A stretch of 64,000 bases of DNA from Marsupella aquatica. Lineage: Eukaryota > Plantae > Marchantiophyta. Of the stretch, positions 57,801-64,000 are shown piece by piece (positions within the stretch are counted from its first letter, which is position 1; each line of letters opens with the position of its first letter). Where the stretch lies: positions 14,996,861-15,060,860 of the forward strand of contig OZ316892.1 in assembly GCA_973895155.1 (NCBI GenBank), in the 5' to 3' direction. The position numbers and the translations under genes were made by a program. The notes under the pieces were generated by a model. It worked only from the letters and a program-made list of their open reading frames with translations. It made no database searches and was not told the origin of the DNA.

Positions 57801-59415
57801 GTAAATGCTTTGTTCGGAGGTAGGGGAGTTGAACAAAGAACAGCGTCAGAGGAAACCATGAAAGGAACTTGACACCCCCTCCCCCCCATTTCTCCTTCAG
57901 CACAACAAACAAACAAAACACAGGTCGTGGGTGTGAGCTTGAAGTTTAGTATTCAGCACTCCCGGTAACTTTCCCAAATTTTGAAATGCAGGCCACTAGT
58001 CAATTTGTGGTCCCAAAGTGGAATGGCAAAGATTGGACATAGTAGGAGAATTCGAAATCCTTCAACAATACTGAGATTGGCGTCAAAATGTTGCACTGTT
58101 CGCACGGTTAGGAAGACCACAACTTGTAGTTTGGCACAGTATGCTGCAGCCCTGTGGTTCATTTTCCTGAAGAAACTTCTAGTTTGAACTGATAGTCTAG
58201 ATTCTCTGCCAGGGCAACAAAGCTACGGCCCGTCAGTGTATCATCAATGACAATCAATACTAACATCTCCCTCTAGAGTGGCTTGCTGATGTTACCACAG
58301 GAGAGTGCATCTTCTACTACTGCTATCATAACTCTCGCTTTAAGTCTCGACTGTGGCACAAACATGTGAGAGGCAAGGAAGGCTACCAGCGAATGATACA
58401 TTTTTAGAGCAAAGCGGCTGATGACGACCGCTTGGTACGAGCTCGCTCTCTATTTCCGGAGTAAGGAGGGCTCCGATGATCCATGTCTATCTACCGAGAG
58501 CTCAAGGCATAGATGGCAAGATTGGGGCCAACATGAATGCAATTGAAGATGGCGGAAAGAGATGAAAGAGAGCGGTTTACAATACCTCAAAAAGACGAGA
58601 CAATCTGAAAGCTCAGCGTCAGCTCCGGCAATGTAACGAACTCCATACCAAGCCGATCCATGACTACTGTATCGGCTTGCGTGAATGTTACCAAACAAAT
58701 GCCATTGGTTGTTGACGTGGTCATGGTGATACTCTGGGGTATGATTTATCTAGTGAGGGCACAGCAACACGATCACACCACGAGGAAATGTGAATACCGC
58801 AGTTTTCCAAAACGCCAACCTGTTTTACACTCACCGCTGTCCTGACCGACTCTAACGCAGTGCATATTTGAATTGCTGGCTTGAAATGTTCTGTACGCTA
58901 GAACGATCTTGACCTAGATACTTTTTTGAAGACCTCGAAGAGTGGATACAAGGAGAGCAGACGTGAGCCCACGAACTTCTACGCGAAAACATGTCGAGCT
59001 TTGCTGGTGCATTTGGTCTATTTAATGCCAATGGCCCTTCTTGAGGAGTTTCTGAGCTTCATATGAACCAAATTGAGGGAAGAATGATAACTACCTCACC
59101 CTCGCACGAGAGAAGTCACGTAATCAATCTACCGCAGTTGACCTTTGACCTTTGACCAATGCTATGGTTTTAAAGAGAGACATGGACACACATTACGACC
59201 ATGCTGCGGGTGTAACATGCTTGAAGAGACCAACCACTGACAAGAGGTGAGGAAAAATACGTCTCAGAAAATGCATCTTCATATCCAAGATTAGGGCATA
59301 TCTCGCGAAACTTTGACCACATTTTGTTGCACATGAAACCGAGGCTCGGAAAAAGCACCGGGATGAGGTTTGCAAGCAAGGCTGACGGAGGACATTGCGA
59401 TACTTAGCCGCTACT

Positions 59416-61305
59416 TTACTTTCGTCGTCTCTTCGGAAAACCAGCTGTGCTGTCTTCTATCTCACTCTTGGCCTCTAAATCGGATGTCGCCCTTATAATC
59501 ATCTCCATTTTCCGCCGATACTCGTCATGTTCTTCCCCGTCTTGAAGTTTTGAATAACTAATAATTCTCCCGTTTGCTTGAGTCCCACTTTCATCTGAGA
59601 AATTGCTACCACCAGCACAGTGAGTGTCTACCAGTTCTTCGGGTATGTCTAAGCCAGGGTACAGCATCCTGAAGTTTCCCGTACTCAACCCGAACTTGTT
59701 GGCGTAGGATAGGAATGTTTCTCGTGCCGTGCTGCCACCTAGTGTTTGCGCTCGTTTTTGAAGGTCGGCATGAAAAGCATCAAATCTCATCCTCATTGTG
59801 TCCGACAAATTAAGCAGGTGCCACCCATTGCGGCCTCCAGCAACGTGCCATTCCCGCAACAACTCCCGCACGACATTCTTCGCCCTTTGGATTTCAGCAT
59901 TCGCTCGACTATCTTCGATGACCATAGCATCCTTCTCCGTTCGCTGTCTCGTGTGGCCAACTTCAGTCATACCAGTGCGAATTCCAACTGGCGGCAACCG
60001 CCCGAAATATTGGTATAAAAGATCAGGAAATGGCTTCCGACACATGCAAATTACACTGGCTGCAAAATGCTTCCAGAAGCAATGCACGTGATACTGACAC
60101 TTGCAAAATCCAAGAGTCACGGTTGGAAGCACGGTGAGATCTTCTTGGCACAGGGAGCAACTCAAAGCTGACGCGATACGATCCCTTGTCTGCTGCAGCT
60201 CGGAGATCTGCGCTTGCAGCACCTCTGTCGAACTTACTTCAGCTGCGATCCTTTGGTTTTTCTCAATCTCTAACGCAGTCCTCAATTGCGCAATCTCCTC
60301 GCGATCACGGCATCCTTCAATGTGCATCTTCGTCAAATCGTCTTGCCTATTAGATTCAACTGCCATCCTCATACACTTCTCTTTCTCTAACTCAGTTTTC
60401 AACCGCAAAATCTCCTCGCGATCGTGAAATGCTTCGCTACGCATCCTGTTTAGATCATCCTGCCTCGTGATTGTAAGACCAGCCTCGTACAAGACACGTA
60501 TTCCTCCAAGTAAATTTGTTTTGGTTTCTTCATTTTCATCGACTGCCAAAGTAGCTGTTGTACCTTGCTGGTGCCCGTCAGTGCCGCCTCGTTTGCCCCC
60601 GGTGCCTTGGACCTTTGAAATAGGTGATGTGCCACGCCTTCTCCTCCTCCTCTCTTCCCGGAGGTGCTTCCTCGAATCAACAACACCATCACTCGTCCCA
60701 GCATTAATGGCCTCACGGGTCACTCGTTGCTCTGATACCAATCGTGAAGATACATCCACCGTTTCCCAATCTATATGGATGCCTTTCCTCTCGAACCACA
60801 ACATCCTCATGAAGTTCCTCCGCAACTGATTAAATTTCACACCACCTTCTCTCCCTCCCTTGCACATGTTCCTCCACCGTCTCCAGTTCTTCTTCATCCA
60901 AGGATCCGTGCAGTGAAGCTCGATATTGAACTTACCTGAATCCCAAGCTCGTTGGCTCATGCCTGGACCGAACAAAGGTTTCAGGCAATCTTGGTTATAA
61001 GGAAGTTTCATAGCGTCCTCAAAAGCCAAAGGTCTTCTAGTCGTCTCCAACTTAACGCGAGATGGAGGCAAGTCATTCTCTACACACATCATCGCCAGTT
61101 CCTCGACTCCTTCGTCCCCTTGTGAGGGAGATGGATCCGAAGGCAAAATTTGCTCCGCACTTCCATATGGGTCTTTCACGGACTGGATGGTATCGCTGAT
61201 TTCCTGTCGGGTGGCTAGTCTTGCTGTCTCATTAAGTCCGGGAGTAGACTCCCGGCTAGCCTCTTCCATTCCGGACATTGAAACATTTTCACTGGAGCCA
61301 GCCAT
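59416..61305 (-). CDS. Intronless 629-aa protein with coiled coil and RING-like Zn finger; function unknown
   Basis: Uninterrupted ATG-to-stop ORF. Basic NLS-like RRRRRR, a duplicated 39-aa helical unit (RQDDL...), then CSLC...CKCQYHVHC...CMC, and a C-terminal PKRRRK. Confidence 0.7.
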   Translation of the reverse strand: MAGSSENVSMSGMEEASRESTPGLNETARLATRQEISDTIQSVKDPYGSAEQILPSDPSPSQGDEGVEELAMMCVENDLPPSRVKLETTRRPLAFEDAMKLPYNQDCLKPLFGPGMSQRAWDSGKFNIELHCTDPWMKKNWRRWRNMCKGGREGGVKFNQLRRNFMRMLWFERKGIHIDWETVDVSSRLVSEQRVTREAINAGTSDGVVDSRKHLREERRRRRRGTSPISKVQGTGGKRGGTDGHQQGTTATLAVDENEETKTNLLGGIRVLYEAGLTITRQDDLNRMRSEAFHDREEILRLKTELEKEKCMRMAVESNRQDDLTKMHIEGCRDREEIAQLRTALEIEKNQRIAAEVSSTEVLQAQISELQQTRDRIASALSCSLCQEDLTVLPTVTLGFCKCQYHVHCFWKHFAASVICMCRKPFPDLLYQYFGRLPPVGIRTGMTEVGHTRQRTEKDAMVIEDSRANAEIQRAKNVVRELLREWHVAGGRNGWHLLNLSDTMRMRFDAFHADLQKRAQTLGGSTARETFLSYANKFGLSTGNFRMLYPGLDIPEELVDTHCAGGSNFSDESGTQANGRIISYSKLQDGEEHDEYRRKMEMIIRATSDLEAKSEIEDSTAGFPKRRRK

Positions 61306-63521
61306 TGCTCCAAGAAAAATTAGAACAGCGCTAAACTTTGGTCATCGACCCGCATAGAGAGTAATCGCAGGAAGTAAGCGATCACCTCTTTGCAGTTCGT
61401 CGACTGATCTTGCGATAAGATCGGTAATTGCCAACTCCCGGAAAATTTCATATAGGGATAAGCCCCGAACTAAGAACACCGGAAAGGCCAGCACACGTAG
61501 CCATTCAAGAAAACTTATTTCATGGAAGATTGAGGCGCCTCCTCCACAATACTAGACTTTATTTACGGGTACATTTGCTCCAGACTGGCCGAGGTGGGAG
61601 CTCGTCTGCTGAAGATTTGAGGCCTGAACAAATCCAAAAAAACACATCAATTAACAGCACTACAGTCGTGATGCAAATCAGAACATATAAAACAGAAAAT
61701 AGGGTTTGCTAACATGTCGTATCTTCTAAAGAGGACAGAGCAATCCAAACAGAGTGATCGAATCACAGTAGGTATTTGAAAGCTCCAAAGTTGGTGTTCC
61801 TGACGCACACGAAAGGAAATCGCACATACTCTCTGATCCAACTGTCTGTCAAATGAGAAAGAAAAGAAGACCACTATTATCAAACTACATCTACCGCTTA
61901 GAGCTTTCTAAGTGCAAAAACAGCACACATACATCCCTACTGCCATAACGTCTCTCTGCTTAGATAAGGTAGTCAATGGCGACCGCTCAGATGGCAAACA
62001 CAATCGCAGTCAAGGCCAGGTCCACTACCGTCTTGTTCTGCATTCTTGCAACTCTCTGAGCCAATAGGAATCTAAGAACCCCACCAGAAGTGATTTAAGC
62101 AACAGATACTAAGTCATCGTCCTAACATAAAATCATCAGCTTCAACTATCACCAGAACATGCAATACTGCAACAACTCCAACTCGTCTAGCTCAATAGCA
62201 GGTGATGGACCATAGACAAGCCTGATCTCCTGTTGAGACCAGAAAACGAGATCGAAAACGGACGAGAGAAGAGATGACAAAAATTGAGTTACTGCAAATC
62301 AATGCCTATTAATACCAACGAACAAAGTAATAATAACAATGAAGAAATTTCTTGACTCTTCATTAGAATACTAATCAAGGAATTGGTTGACTCTTCACAC
62401 CAAAAGGTGAAACTAAAACTTAAACTCCTTGCTTGCCAACAAAAGATGCAGAACAGAACATGATTGATTCACTCCTACTGCTGGACGAGAACTGAAGAAT
62501 ACCTCGGTTCCTTCTTTCTTTACATAGAAACGTAAATTCATAGACTGAGAGACGTGTAGAGTATAGACACCCCAGAACACAGAAAAAATGAACAACAACA
62601 TAGGCCAACCATCAAGTGGATTCGATTTCCATCATCCCAACACGATCCAGCTTGTATATAATCTTTACCCACGATACCTCAACCCGCACTCAGGAGAAGT
62701 GACAATTCCTTGTTTCAACAACGATGTCAAAGCAAACAAAAAGGCATTCATCCTATCAACCACGGAGGACCGACCTCAACAGTGAGCGAAGAAGGGCAAG
62801 AAAACCCATCCCAGCGACCAGCCGCAACACAAGATGTCCCACAGATTTTCCGAGCATCGAGACGGGAAAAAGCATGAGGAATGATAGAACAAGGGCCAAA
62901 CCTGGATCTCTGCCACTCCGAATCGCAGCCAATCGACGGCATAGCGCCGTATTCTTAAAAAATCAAAGAATTGCCAGAACAGTAGTGACGCAGGTACAAA
63001 CTCTTTCGCGGGAAGTAGTACTGTGCCTACCACTGTCGTCAGTCATGAGATCGCCGCAGCATATACACTTCGTCATACATACTTCTTGCCTCAAATCTTG
63101 CCGGAGAAGTGAGAGAGAAGAGCCCCTGAAGGGGCCAAGGCAGAGAACACAAAAATCGACAGCCAGCAGCAGCAAGTCTGGTTCTGGGCGAGCATCTTAT
63201 GATCAACACAGTTGAGGAGCTCGTCAGTACTCAACCGGACTCGGATTCCTGCATCTTTCTCAACAGCTTCATTGATTAAAGAAGTACGCCACTCGACGGT
63301 CTCGGACGATGAGCGGGGCCGGGCAGGTCTTCCGCTGGAGAGCGCCATGCCACGGCGCCCTCAAGAAAATGTGTGATTTGACAGCCATCGCTGTCGACCC
63401 GTATAGGTAAGTTTGCTAGGACAGGTCTCATGTTCAATTGATTCCCCGTCCTCGCACACAGGGCGCGGAGAACATTCCCACCACTCTACATTAGCCTCAA
63501 TGCCCGAGCTCTGCTGCTCGT

Positions 63522-63772
63522 TAATAGATGGTGACTACTAACAATGTTTGTTTCCAATTCCACCCTTGAGCATAAGTGTGCCCCTAATATATGGTGACTA
63601 CTAACAATGTTTGTTTCCAATTCCGCCCTTGAGCATAAGTGTGCCCCTCATAGATGGTGACTACTAATTATGTTTGTTTCCAATTCCACCCCTGAGCATA
63701 AGTGTGCCCCTAATAGATGGTGACTACTAATAATGTTTGTTTCCAAGTCCACCCTTGAGCATAAGTGTGCCC
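63522..63772. repeat. Tandem repeat, 4 x 63 bp
   Basis: Units start at 63522, 63585, 63648 and 63711: TAATAGATGGTGACTACTAACAATGTTTGTTTCCAATTCCACCCTTGAGCATAAGTGTGCCCC. Confidence 0.95.
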
Positions 63773-64000
63773 TCCTATATTCTGTAGTAGTAATCATTTC
63801 TAGTACACTCTCCTATTCTCCTATTCTCATAATCTGGTGCCTGCAAATATATAGCAGTAGTCAAATTCCAGACAGGATTTTGGGTACGATAACCAAGATC
63901 AGGGCAGGGTCTTAGAATGCAAGCCTGCTGCCTGAATGTTGAAAAAAAGCTTACCGCCTGCTGCGAGTCAGTTTATTCTCACATTCCGGACGTACTCTTA

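Noticed and set aside
55400-59100. Short minus-strand ORFs (e.g. 56886-57356, 56509-56736)
   Set aside because: No recognisable domains or consistent splice structure, so they are not called as genes.
60729-60740. Exact iMet PBS-like 12-mer TGGTATCAGAGC on the minus strand
   Set aside because: It lies inside the 629-aa ORF (coding LVSEQ) with no adjacent LTR end or gag, so it is most likely chance.

Overview
This is eukaryotic, intron-rich land-plant DNA; the gene style suggests a bryophyte or other non-seed plant (inference). It holds five conserved spliced genes: TOM20 (-), a plastid-type half ABC transporter of the ABCB26/TAP1 type (+), a SAM-carrier-like mitochondrial carrier family gene (-), a WW-domain trimethylguanosine synthase TGS1 (-) and ubiquitin protease UBP26 (+). 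There is also an intronless orphan coiled-coil/RING-like ORF. Between the divergent TGS1 and UBP26 genes lies a ~14 kb retrotransposon block. Its main component is a degenerate Ty3/Gypsy element with the order Gag(2x Zn knuckle)-protease-C5 DNA cytosine methyltransferase-RT-RNase H-integrase-PHD finger. The methyltransferase is in the same reading frame as Gag, protease and RT, so it looks like an integral polyprotein domain, giving the element both a chromatin writer and a chromatin reader. A 3'-truncated Ty1/Copia element abuts it. A related Copia solo LTR with a 5-bp target-site duplication, an LTR-like fragment and several tandem repeats occur elsewhere. All calls come from reading motifs by eye; no database searches were run.
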